A stretch of 64,000 bases of DNA from a virus, in the IMG/VR virus record IMGVR_UViG_3300045988_124978, positions 241 through 64,240 of that record; one strand, 5' to 3'. The notes under the pieces are model-generated. The model searched no databases and was not told where the DNA came from. It saw nothing but the letters and a program-made list of their open reading frames with translations. Position numbers and translations under genes: made by a program. Positions 1 through 11,700 of the stretch are shown here, in pieces (positions within the stretch are counted from its first letter, which is position 1; each line of letters begins with the position of its first letter).

Positions 1-116
1 TAAAAAATAAACTTCAAACTTAGTTTTTTTGTCGTCGTTGTTGTCTATATTATACGACGTAAGGAGTATAATATATATTCCTTATTCCTATTCTTATATA
101 AACTATCGTTTATATC

Positions 117-130
117 TACGCGCGCGCGTA
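117..130. repeat. perfect 14-bp palindrome TACGCGCGCGCGTA with alternating (CG)5 core
   Basis: read directly from sequence; alternating purine-pyrimidine tract (Z-DNA-prone) in otherwise AT-rich non-coding DNA. Confidence 0.8.
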
Positions 131-140
131 AGGGACGAAC

Positions 141-484
141 GGTTGCCTTTTGAGTTTTCTATGATTTAGAAAAGGCTACCCTTTTGAAAATAGAAAGGCT
201 ACCCTTTTTTATTTGTTCTAACTGCTTGAATTCCAAGGATAATTTAAAACGTGTATTTCTTATGTTTTTCAAATCGCTTAAACAAACTAAAACACATGTT
301 TTTTAATGAGTTTTCTAAAAAAGAAGATGAAAATCAACATAAAAAAGGGTTACTTTTTCTGCTGTTTTTCATAACTCTACCCTTTTGTTTTTAAAAAGGC
401 TACCCTTTTGTTTTTCATAACTCTACCCTTTTGTTTGGGTTATGAATACATAAAAGGTAGCCTTTATGTTGCCTTTTGAAAATT
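141..484. repeat. iteron-like array: direct copies of (G)CTACCCTTTTG(TTTTT) plus inverted/variant copies; flanking GTTGCCTTTTGA copies
   Basis: direct copies at 171-186, 194-210, 378-392, 401-415, 424-439; inverted-orientation variants AAAAGGGTTACTTTTT 341-359 and AAAAGGTAGCCTTTAT 452-468; GTTGCCTTTTGA at 143-154 and 468-479. Confidence 0.8.
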
Positions 485-490
485 GAAGTA

Positions 491-533
491 TATGAAAAAA
501 AACGACCTATCCTCGCGGACTGGTCGTTCAATA
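491..533 (-). terminator. rho-independent terminator downstream of minus-strand gene 612..980
   Basis: 7-bp stem AACGACC(501-507)/GGTCGTT(522-528), 14-nt loop; plus-strand A8 run 495-502 gives a U-tract immediately 3' of the hairpin on the minus strand. Confidence 0.6.
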
Positions 534-611
534 ATTATAAACCTAATCAATCATGAATAACTTCACACATCTAACAATACATTCAACATCTATAAGTAGA
601 TGATTTAGATA

Positions 612-980
612 TTACTCATCATCATCGTTGTCTTCAACATCTTCACCACAAAGCGCACGTAATTTGTCTTCGATTGTGTGTACTTTGACGTCTGCGTTAA
701 CGTCAACATCAATAGCCTTCATTCGTGGTGTGTGATACTCCAATATGCGTATTTCTGCATTTACTCGATCGTCGGGAGACAGCTCTGCCATATCTCTTTC
801 AAAATCAGAAATATTTACAATCTTGCCTTTCTGTTTTAGCTGTTTTGGCATAAAATATTCAGCAGAATGCGCTTTGAGATAGCCTTTTAAGGGGTTATCC
901 TTGTTCGGAGTGCCTTTTTTTCGGCCACCTGTTTTCATTCCCTTCATTGTTTTATCGTTTTTGTTGCGCCTTTGGCGCAA
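612..980 (-). CDS. hypothetical protein, basic Lys/Arg-rich N-terminus, acidic C-terminus (possible DNA-binding/regulatory)
   Basis: 122-aa ORF bounded by terminator (491-533) and divergent intergenic 981-1058; TAtcTTTG -7-like motif on minus strand at 999-1006. Confidence 0.5.
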   Translation of the reverse strand: MRQRRNKNDKTMKGMKTGGRKKGTPNKDNPLKGYLKAHSAEYFMPKQLKQKGKIVNISDFERDMAELSPDDRVNAEIRILEYHTPRMKAIDVDVNADVKVHTIEDKLRALCGEDVEDNDDDE

Positions 981-1058
981 AAGTTAAAAGACGTGGGCAA
1001 AGATACTCCACTAAATTAGCGCACGAATTTTAAGTATTGTAACATAAACAGATTAAAT

Positions 1059-1607
1059 ATGGGACTAATTGGAAGTATTGCTGGTGGCGCACTTGGTGCA
1101 GCTGGCAGCATTTTTGGCGGTATCAAGGCTAGTAAGGCAATGAGACGCGCGAAGAAGAATATTGAAGCGCAAAAGCAGGCTAATCAGAATTGGTATGATA
1201 GACGCTACAATGAGAACGCTACGCAGAGGGCTGACGCTCAGCGAATTTTGGCGAAGACAGAGGAGAGTATTAGGAACCGCAACAAGCAAGCAGCAGGTGC
1301 GCAAGCCGTGATGGGCGGTACTGACGAGAGTACCGCAGCTGCAAAAGCTGCTAATGCGCAAGCCTTGTCTGAGGCTGCATCGCAGATTGCTGTTAACGCG
1401 GACAATCGTAAGGATCAAATTGAACAGCAGTATCAACAGCGTAACGCGAACTATGACGCGCAACTTAATCAGCTTGAATTGGATAAGGCGAAGGCGATTG
1501 GACAAGCCGTGCAGGGTGTAGCACAAGCAGGTGCCGGTATTGCTAACGCATTTGACGAGAGTACCGCAGCTGCAAAAGCTGCTAACGCGGACTATCGTAA
1601 GGATTAA
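1059..1607 (+). CDS. Gly/Ala-rich N-terminal (glycine-zipper-like) and Gln/Ala-rich coiled-coil protein with internal repeats; possible virion-associated protein
   Basis: 182 aa; repeated peptide DESTAAAKAANA; ORF ends at TAA inside a degenerate tandem copy of its own 3' region. Confidence 0.5.
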   Translation: MGLIGSIAGGALGAAGSIFGGIKASKAMRRAKKNIEAQKQANQNWYDRRYNENATQRADAQRILAKTEESIRNRNKQAAGAQAVMGGTDESTAAAKAANAQALSEAASQIAVNADNRKDQIEQQYQQRNANYDAQLNQLELDKAKAIGQAVQGVAQAGAGIANAFDESTAAAKAANADYRKD

Positions 1608-1643
1608 ATTGAATAGCAGTATCGCTATTGCTAACGCATTTTA
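1321..1643 (+). repeat. imperfect tandem duplication of gene 3' segment (1321-1434 echoed at 1551-1623; 1536-1559 echoed at 1624-1643); second copy carries CAA->TAA
   Basis: direct alignment: gacaatcgtaaggatCaaattgaaCagcagtatc (1401-1434) vs gactatcgtaaggatTaaattgaaTagcagtatc (1590-1623); ctgacgagagtaccgcagctgcaaaagctgcta at 1321 and 1555. Confidence 0.75.
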
Positions 1644-1655
1644 AATTGAAATAGT

Positions 1656-2789
1656 ATGATTAAAGGACAATACGACCAAAAGGCTTATGATAGTTCTATT
1701 CCTGGGGCAAGTGGTGTGGGGGGGCAACCTTCTACGCCATCTACTGAAACGGATAGCTCTGTGAACACTGAGGAGACTAAGGATCCGAAGACTGATGTTG
1801 CTCCACCTGCTGACAAGCAGGTTGGGGTGTCGCCACAGAATAATGCTGATGCACTGATTGGTTACGATCAACAGATTGCGATGTTGGAAAATGAGGCTAA
1901 TGGGCTTAAACCTGAGACCGAGGAGGAGCGCAAGAAACGTGAGAGGCGTGAGAAGTCTCAGAAGATTGTTGCTGCTGTGAGTGATGGTTTGCAAGCGTTG
2001 AGTAATCTTTTCTTCACAACTCGCGGTGCTCCCAACATGTATGACCATGACACGAATGGTCAGCTTTCTCCACTGCAAACGAAGTTGGACAAACTAAAGG
2101 CTGAACGTCAAGCTAATGCTGATAAGTATTTGCAGTATTCTCTGAAAATTGGAGATTTGAGGAACGAGCGTGCTAAGACCTTGCGTGAGATGGAGGCTGA
2201 GCAGGAAAAACGGAAGTTGGCGCGTGAGAAGGCGCAACGTGAGCAGGAGGAGCATGGATGGCTTGCTGCATTGCAGCCCGACAAATTGCGTGAGCAGAAA
2301 GGAAAGGCTGATAAGGCTGGTTATGACGCAGACACAGCTAAGGCTGAGGCAGATAATGCTCCTGCAATGCAAAAAGCTAAACTTGAAACGGAAAAGGCGC
2401 ATAAGGATGCCTATGTTGCTTCTGCTGGTGCAAGTAGAGCAGCAGAAACAAATTCGTATGCTTCGGCAAATGAGCACAATACCAATGCTAGGGGACGTTT
2501 CCAGTGGTGGGACGAGAACGGGAACATGCATTATGCCAAGACCGAAGACGAAGCCATTACTAAGGCTCGCCAGCATGGAACACTTGACAGTGTGACTGTG
2601 AGCACTACGGACAGCACGGACAGTGATGTGGTGGTACGTGGCAAAGTTAAGGGCAAGAAGAACTCCAAGAAGACCACATCAAAGAAGGTGTTCTACCCCG
2701 GAATTAGGAAGAGACCTGCAGCAGCGAAGCCGAGTGGTCGCAAGTCTGAACAACAGTCATATAAAAATACAAAAGAATTAGGATATTAA
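1656..2789 (+). CDS. hypothetical protein, Lys/Glu-rich coiled-coil middle, basic C-terminus; candidate virion/internal protein co-transcribed with giant gene
   Basis: 377-aa ORF ending 3 nt before giant ORF start. Confidence 0.5.
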   Translation: MIKGQYDQKAYDSSIPGASGVGGQPSTPSTETDSSVNTEETKDPKTDVAPPADKQVGVSPQNNADALIGYDQQIAMLENEANGLKPETEEERKKRERREKSQKIVAAVSDGLQALSNLFFTTRGAPNMYDHDTNGQLSPLQTKLDKLKAERQANADKYLQYSLKIGDLRNERAKTLREMEAEQEKRKLAREKAQREQEEHGWLAALQPDKLREQKGKADKAGYDADTAKAEADNAPAMQKAKLETEKAHKDAYVASAGASRAAETNSYASANEHNTNARGRFQWWDENGNMHYAKTEDEAITKARQHGTLDSVTVSTTDSTDSDVVVRGKVKGKKNSKKTTSKKVFYPGIRKRPAAAKPSGRKSEQQSYKNTKELGY

Positions 2790-2792
2790 GAT

Positions 2793-5700
2793 ATGCCATA
2801 CGATAAAATAGACCAACTATATGATGCACTGAAGAAAGATGGTGCAGTCAGCAAGAGCCGTGAGTATTTCCGCAGTAAGATGCTTGCTCCTGGTAAGGAG
2901 GGCTATCAAAACCGCTTGCAACTTTACAATGCTCTGAAAGCGGATGGAGCCATAGAGAGCCCAACCTATGAAGAATTTGGCAAGCGTTTGGGGCTTCATG
3001 CGGTAAACACCGCACCTGTGTCTAAACCTCAGCCTCAAAAGCCTAATACAGATAGTCGTGTTGTGTTTATTAATACGCCTCAAAAGCCAGCGCAAGCGAC
3101 ACCTGCAAAACCGAAACCAACTCCAAGAAAGGCTCCAGCAAAACAAAAGGGAACACCGCTTACGCAGGTTGACAAGCAGAAAATGTTGGCTTTCGTTAAC
3201 AACATGAGGAATGAGACCAATGCTTCGCTTCAACGCTTCAATAACCGCATGGACTACCATAGAGCAAATGCTGGACTGAGAGTGCCTCATGTTACACTTG
3301 GTAAAAAGAACAGCGGTATAAAACTTGGTCAGAATAGTAAGGTTGTTGCTAAGAAACCACAGTTTAATCCGCAGTCAGGCAAGATGGAACAGACCTACAT
3401 CACGGAGAGCGGTAATGAGTACACCGACCGCAACTCTGCTGATTTGGAGCAGAATACCATCGACGCGTACAAGGATAGCATGAGCGTAAGTGGTCAGTTG
3501 CGCGAGGCTTATGCGGAGCGCGATAGATTGGACGAGGCAATGAAAAAGCGTATGAAGGAAATAGACGAACGTCCTAATCAGCGTTTCAACGATTTCATGC
3601 GTGAGTTTGCAGCTTCCATGACACCTGGTGCAGGTCCTGTGGGTGAGCAAGATGCGCGTATGTCGAAGTATGACAACGACGATGAATACATGCAACTCAT
3701 GGCAGCAGCTCGCAAGAACCATCAGACCATTCAGTTATTGGAGGACAAGAAAAACAACCAGATGTATAGTTTCTGGCACTCACTTGCTACAACAGCATCG
3801 AATGGTTACACTTTTTCAGACGGTATGAGCGAGATGCGCGATGCAACAGCCCTGCAGCGTGCATCAAAACATATAGACACGATTAACAAAAAGCGTGAGG
3901 AAGGTAAGACCTTGACGAAAGAGGAGCAGACTGCCGAAGCGGTGCTGAAGAACTTCGCCAAAGATAATGCTATGCAAAGCATGTATGGCGGAGATTATGG
4001 CGCATGGGCAAGGGCTGGTGGCATGACTGCCAATTCTTTTGACTTTATGAAAGACCTTATGCTCAATCCTGGTGCTGGAAGCATAGCTAAGGGTGTTATG
4101 CGCGGAACGGCTAAGGGAATGGCTAAAGGTATAGCTAAGTTGACTGGAAAGGAAGCCGCCAATTTATGGAAGAACGATGTGTTGCGCAGAACGCTGAAAG
4201 CGACAGGTGTGTTGTTGGGTGCTCATACGGCAGGTGCATATGTCAGCAATACAACAGGTATAGGTAGAACATCCGCCACAATGGGAACACTTGCTTCGGG
4301 AGAGGTCGGTGTGGACGACAAGGGTAATTATAAGGTGGAGAACGCTATGGGACTTCTCCCTGCATTTGCTGAGGCTGAGCGTCAACAAGCACGCGAGAAT
4401 GGCTCGGAGATGTTCGGTGAATTCATTCCTGGTGTAGGTGGCGTTGTAAAGAAAGGCTTGGAGAAAATAGGTCTTAGTAAGTTGTCGGGAGCTATGACAA
4501 ACATCGGCAACAAGGAATGGTACAAGCAGTATAGTAGATTGCTTGAGTCTGGCGGTTATAATGGTTTGCCTGGTGAGGCTTTGGAGGAATACGAGGGTTC
4601 GCTTTTCGATGCGCTTACTGGCCATGCCGGGGACGCATGGGACGACATGACGAACTTGCAGAACCATGTGGACATCTGGCTGGGGTGTGCTACCATGGGC
4701 GCACTGCTTGGCTCTGTACCGATGATGATGCAGGGGCACCATACTGCGCAATACTACCGATACAAGCACAACACGGACAAAGCCGACAACCTCGCCTCGT
4801 TCCGAATGACCGCAGAACGCTGGGAACCTCTGCGCGACGAGATTGATAACACAGACAACAGCAAGATGGCGGATGTGGTTACTGGTATCATCAACAACCC
4901 TGATCTTCACGTCGAGGAAAAAAAGGCAGCACTGAACTATGTGCGTAATCTAACTATGATGAGAGGTTACAACATTGCGCAGGTAAACAATGCCAGTGAT
5001 GAGGAGGAAGAGCGTCCTGAGGTGCAGAGCGTGAATGACAGTTACTCAAAAGGGTACGAAACCACGGAACCACAAGACATGAACGATACGAAGACTCTGC
5101 TTGAACTGAAGCGTGAGCAGGTTGCGAAAGAACATGGTATTGAGAATGTGGACGATGTGGACGCTCTTATTGGCGATGATCCTCTGCGCTACATTGAGGA
5201 GCAGAAGCAGTTGGGTAATACGGACAAGCTCCAATCTGTTATTGACTATGCCAATGCAAAATCGGCATACGATGGCATGGTGCAGCGTGTGCAAGATGAT
5301 ATTGACAATCGTGTGGAGGAAAGTAATGCGACAGTTAATAGCCGTGTTAATCGCCATGACGGAATGATACACCTTGCATCATTGAAGTTGAAGAACGAGG
5401 ACGGAACGGATAAGAAAGTGTATATTGTCAGCGGCAATGTAGTGATGTTCAATGACGGAAAGGGCGTTGATAGGGAGCAATCCGACAACACGATTGTTAT
5501 CCGTGATGTTGAGACTGGCGAGATGAAAGTAATTCCGCCAGACCTTATCCGTGGCTTGGACGCAGCCGTAGACCCCGAGGAGGAGAAAGCGAGAGCAAGG
5601 GAAGCAATCATTGAGGAGATGTCACAGACCGCAGCAAACAACGTGGACGGTGTGGTGTCTTTCAATGAAGGTGACACCTATACGTTGACAGAGGAGAATG

Positions 5701-8700
5701 GTGAACAGACACATGTGACGCTTGTTGCCAACGAACAGGGACTTGTGGACAATGGGGACGGAACTGTCAACGTAACTGTTGATGGTCAGAATGTTGTGCC
5801 TATGAGTATGGAGGAAATACAGAGTGGCGTGGATGCCACTAATATGGCTCGTACCATGCAAGCAGAAAAAGAACGTCAAGCTAATGAAAACGCACCAAAT
5901 TCAGATGAAAGTGTACAGAATGATGGCGAAAGTGTAGAAGAAAAGCCCGATGGTGTAGAATATGGCGTGAATGACACCTTTACGCTTCTTAATGGTGAAG
6001 ACGAAATCATTCATGGAGAGGTGCAGGGTGTTAGTGATGATGGTGTAGAAATCCGCACGGACGAGCCTTTGAACGGAAAGCGTGTGCAGATTATCCCTGC
6101 CGAGGAGTTTGAAGAAATGGTCGAGAGCATCAATGATGCGGACGGCAATCAAGTATGGGCGAGAGAATATGCCGAAGACACGGAAGATACGAATGAAACC
6201 GAGGAAACATCAGATAATTCCGTAACGCAAGACAATGATGTTGCTCCTGTAACTCCGACAGCGGATGAACTTGTGCGTATGGCTCGTGAAGGTAATGAAC
6301 TTGCACAGCATCAACTTGAAGCGCAAGGTGTGGAGTGGGAAGAACCTTCCGAACACCAGCCTACCGCATTGGAGCGTGTTCCCATCAACGAGGCAACACA
6401 GGAACCTATGTTTGAGAAGGCAGACCGCGAGACAGCCCTTGATGCGCTTAATGAACTTACAGGAGGTAATGAGGAAAATACTTCGGCTATTATTAACGCA
6501 CAGGTTGATCAAGCTACCAAAGCTCTTGAAACTTTGAAGAAGAAGGCCCCGAAAAAGAAAGCTCCTGCATTGACGGGTTCGCCAATGGAAATGTTGAAAG
6601 CGCAGAAGGAGGCTGACGATAGTTACAACACTGCCATTGAGGAGTATAACGCACAAGTAGCCGCAGCAGAAGAGAATCTGAATGCCTGGACGCGTATTTA
6701 TTCGCTCATGGGTGACCGCAAGCGTGCTGCACGTGAGCAGTTGAATGCAGAGCGTAATGCTATGGATGAGCAATTACATGCTGAGGCTGTAGCTAAATTG
6801 GAGGGAAACAAGCGCATTGCAGCTGAGAAAGCAGCCGAGCAAGCCGAAGTTGGCTCTCATGCCGTGAACCCTAAAATAAAGGGAAAGTGGGATGGTGCTA
6901 CTAAGGTTGAGGGCAATCCTAACGCTATTACTCTTGCAGATGGTTCAACGATCCGTGGTCACTACGTCCTCACTGAGGCAGGAGCAGCCACAGCCAGCCA
7001 TGACGTGAACAATGCCTACGAGCCTACTGAAGGTTTCCCCGTTGATGAGAACGGAGAGAGCGTGAATGACCGCGACTATAAGCGTGACACGGACGCACAA
7101 CGCATTGTTAGGGATATGGCAGACAGCTACGATAGCAGAGCTTTGCAGACACCTGTTATTGTTAGTAAGGATGGTGTTGTGCTTTCGGGCAATAACCGCA
7201 CTATGTCGGGAGAGATTGCAGCGAAGAACGGCACAGACAAGGCGTATGTGGAACACTTGCGCGAGTTTGGATCTATGTTCGGTTTCACTCCTGAGCAGAT
7301 TGATGGTATGCAGCATCCACGTGTCGTCTTTGTTCCTGATGAGGAATTGCCTTACGATGCAAGTACGTTTGCACGCTTCAATGCTGAACAGCAGAAGAAG
7401 CAGAGCAAGCCAGAGCATGCCGTGAAGCTTGGCAAGATTGTTCCTGACAATGTATTTGCAAGCATTGTTGGTGATATTAGTCGCTTTGACCGCATGTCGG
7501 ACTACTATGCCGATGGAAATGCAGTATCTTCTGCCATTGGTCAGTTATTGGAGGCTGGTGTTATTAACGAGATGCAGTTGCCGGAGCTTCGCACTGGCAA
7601 TGCTTTGTCGGCAGCAGGTAAGGAACTTATCGAGAACACACTTATAGGCAAGGTCTTCCAGGCTTCGCCCGATGCCGTGCGTCAAATAATCAGCACACCT
7701 ACGCTTCGCCAATCTGTTGTTATGGGATTGAACGAGATTTCCAATAACCGTACACTCGCCAAGAGCGACTATGACCTTAGCAAGGAATTGGCAGCAGCCG
7801 TTAATCTTGTAAATCGTGCCAAGTCAGAGTCACCCGAAATTTACAAAGAAGGTATGCCTGTATCTCCTTACGGCAGACAGCAAGGTTTGTTTGACGATGA
7901 ATACGGAGATAGCCGTGTAACTGATGGCGTTACGCTTATACTTGCTGACATATTGAACAGCGGTAAGCCGAGCGACTTGCGCAAGTTCCTTTCAATATAT
8001 AATAATGAAGCTGCTTCACCTGCAAGCGGTCAGTTGGACATGTTTAGCGGTGGGGTGACTTCAAAGGAAGAATTGTTGAACCGATTAAATGAATATTTTA
8101 GAAATGCAACACCAAAAGAACAACAAGCAATCGTTGATGCCTCAGTCGCAGAACGAAAGCAGAGAGCAGAAGCAGCTGCGCAAAATGCAGATGGCTTTGG
8201 ACGCGATGGAGAAGAGCCAACCGACATACAAGGAGAAAGTAATGGCGGAGTTTCAGAAGCACATGTAGGTTTGAATGATGACGAGGCAAATGAACTTTTG
8301 TCTCGCATGGAAGACAACACGTCAGAAATTCCACAAATGGAACTCAATCCGACTAATTGGATTGAGCAGTTTGGTGAAAATGGTATGGTGTCAACCCCAT
8401 TGGGTAAAGTAAAGATGGGTGAAAACCAAATTGCCAAGTTGTTTGAGAAAGGACGTAGCGAGCAGTTTGGCATGATAAAGCCTACACTTGAGCATCCGCA
8501 CGTTATTGTTGAAGTTCCATCAGAAGCCAGTGATGGCAATACGGAACGTGCAAGTTCGTTACTGTTCATAAAAACTTTCAATGGAACAAACGGCAAAAAA
8601 GTGTATTACTTCAAGTCGGTAACGGTAAAGAAAGACGGATTGGAAGTCAGCGTTAGCAGTCATTATGACCGAGCCAAACGTGTGAAAGAGGCGTTGAAAA

Positions 8701-11700
8701 AAGGGAAGTTGCTATACCGATTTGACGGTGGCGCACAGACCGAACGTCACCCTGCTGACGTTTCTGTGACAACTTCCCCAAAAAATACGCAGGGGAATGA
8801 TAATATGGTTTGGAAACACGCCGATGATGTTTCTGATGCCTCAGACGTGGCACAAGGCTTATACTCGTCGCAAGGGAATGTGTCTGACCTCGCTACCGAG
8901 GGCACGGATGCGCCTCAAACCAGTATGTCAAATAATATTTGGTCTGCTTCCGAAGTGCAGAATGACAACTCGGTGGTTGTCAGTGACGGTTTGCAGTCTG
9001 AGCCTATCACCGAAAACAGCTCTTCCTCTAACGGAGTTCCGTCCAAAAATGAAGTCCATTCCGTACCCGCATTGGGAGAAGGTACTAACACCGATACCTC
9101 CGAAGTTAATAGCGGTCATTCAGAGGGTGTAACCGCGCCAGCAGGAAACTCTTCAAAGACTTCTTTTGGCAAAGTTATAAATAAACAATTATCTCTGCAA
9201 GAAAATGGCGAAAAATCTTCTGAAAATGAAGGTGAAGCACCGTTGTCTGCCCAGATTGAAGCAGCCTCAGCCAAAGTGAACACTGAGCCTACCGAGGCTC
9301 AGAAGAAGGCAGGCAACTACAAGAAGGGGCATGTGCAAGTAGGTACGTTCGACATTACCATTGAGCAACCGCAGGGCAGCGTGCGTAAGGGCACTGATGC
9401 TAACGGCAAGCAATGGGAAAGCAAGATGAACAACACTTATGGCTACATTCGTGGTGCAGTGGGTGTTGATGGCGACCATATAGACGTGTTCCTCTCTAAT
9501 GATATTGATGGTTGGAACGGACGCAAGGTGTTCGTCGTTGATCAGTACAACCCCGATGGTAGCTTTGACGAGCATAAGGTTATGCTTGGTTTCAATGATG
9601 CTGACGAGGCTAAGGGCGATTATCTTGCCAACTATGGAAAAGGTTGGGAGAAAGGTCGTAGGATTGACGTGTCTGCCGTGAACCTCGAAGACTTTGAAAA
9701 GTGGATAGCATCGAGCAAGCGTAAGACTAAGCCTTTTGCAGAGTATGTAGTAGTGAAGAAAGATACTGTGGGTAAAAGCGGCAACATTTCTGATGAGGAG
9801 ATTGAAAACGCGGCATTTGCGCTTGGTTTGCATGGTGAGAACCAAACTCTAATGCGCCTTGAATTGGACAACACTCCCGAAAGAGCAAGGCAGATTCTTG
9901 ACAGAGCTAAGAAATGGAATGAAAAGAATGCAGCAAGTCCGACAACATTATCGAAAGATGAGACGACCTACACCATCACTCCTTCAACCTACACCAACAA
10001 GAAGGGAAAGACGAGCAATGTTTCTCTCCTTACCTTTGACCATGATTTGACAGCCGACCAAGAACGTGCCGTCAAAGAGTTTGCCAAGGAGAAATTGAGC
10101 GAGGGACGCTTTGCTAAGTCGCGCGGTTGGAAAGACCGTGAGAGTGGTGGTTGGATGTTCCGTAGTGAAGAGGACGCACGCAAGGTCGCTGAAATGGTTG
10201 GTAATGAGGAAGCCGTTGCGGATAATCAGCCGTTGACAGCGCAAGAACTCCGCGATGCTGTGGAACCTAAGAAACCAACTGCAAGCAAGAAGCCTGCAAA
10301 CCGCGTAGAGTTAGCAGATGTGGCAGAGCAAAAGCCGTCAGAGCCGACTAAAGCAGAGCAACCAAAGCAAGATAGAGAGAAGAAACTTGTCATTACTGAT
10401 GAGATGAAGCATGATGAGGATATTCTTCGTGAATTGCTTGGTATTGACGATGATGAGTTGGACGGAGGCATGAAATTCCGCGACCCTGATGCAATGACCT
10501 CTCAACAGAGACGTTTTGTGTATAATGCAGGTGTGAACTACTCTTTGGGATATATTGACCAAGGCTTTGTGAAATTCCCCGAATTTGCAAAGGCAATGGT
10601 CAACCGTCTCGGCTATAAAATCAAGCCGTGGTTGAAATCGTTTTATGAGGGTGTAAAACGTATTCCTGGTTACGACCAATCAATATTTACTCCTACAGAG
10701 GAGGTTGATGCCTTTGACGTGGAGAACTTCGACAAGCCTACCAAGGACGTGATGGCACAAGCCAACATGATCGTTGAGGAAGGCAAGGCACAAGTGGCCG
10801 CAGAAAAAGCAAATAATGAATTAAAGGAAATAAGAAATGAGCAACGAAAAGAAACCGAAAAGCAGACAGCAGCAAATACAGATGCTGTTGCAGCAGAAGC
10901 AAAGTCTGTTGCAAGCGAAGCAACGGCTCTCGCAGAAACTTCAAGCGACGAGCAAGCCCTCACCGGAGCAGCAGAGCGAGTAGATGAAACCCTCGACAAG
11001 GTAAATGAGCAGCTTGCCCTACTTGGCTACTATGAGGCTGACGAGGTGGAGAAGGACTACAACGAGGCATACGGCTACATGCGTAATGCCGAGAAGAAGG
11101 CCGTCAAGGATGCAGCCAACCTTGCAAGCCAGTTGATTTCTGATTTGAACCTTAACCACTATGAGGCTTCTCACTCAAAGCAGACGGATAAGAAAGGCAA
11201 TCGTAAGAAAAAACCACTTGCAGTTTCCAACATTTCCCCTATTGGAGGTGATGTGTCTATACACCTGCCATTAGAAGAAGGACGCGAGCTGTATCTGACA
11301 ATAGGCGTTGAGCCAAGAGCAGCCAAGGGTGTAGATGGCTTTGGAGGCAGCGACCTTGAAGTTACTCACATCATGTTCCGTGTTGACCATCCTGAAGGCA
11401 CCGGCAATGACCGCTACGGTAGGAATGTCTTCGTTGACAGCAATGTTACGTATTCTGACCTTCTGAAGCAGGTGCAGCGTGAAACCTACAAATATCTTAT
11501 AGGTAGTGGCGTGACCAATGAAGGAGAGTATGCAGCAGGTGACGAGGTGCAGTATTCAACCGATGGTGGCCGCACATGGACTGATGCAGTTGTAGTGCAG
11601 CCTAACGATGAGGGCGGCATCCGCATTGACACCGGCCTTGCTCCTGTCATGTGGGTTAATGCTCACCCAGACCAGTTGCGTCATAAGCCGAGCGAGTCAG

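Noticed and set aside
141-484. Possible CRISPR array (short direct repeats at left end; also GTCAC repeats at 62544-62765)
   Set aside because: Repeat units are only 11-16 bp with irregular short spacing (0-15 bp), mixed orientations, and no cas genes; consistent with iterons/operator sites, not CRISPR.
9441-9500. VGVDGDHIDV considered as a DxDGD-type catalytic motif of a crAss-like virion-packaged RNA polymerase
   Set aside because: The surrounding context (YGYIRG...DGD.IDVF...DEHKVM) fits the inorganic pyrophosphatase signature far better than the RNAP double-psi beta-barrel motif (NADFDGD); no other RNAP motifs were seen.
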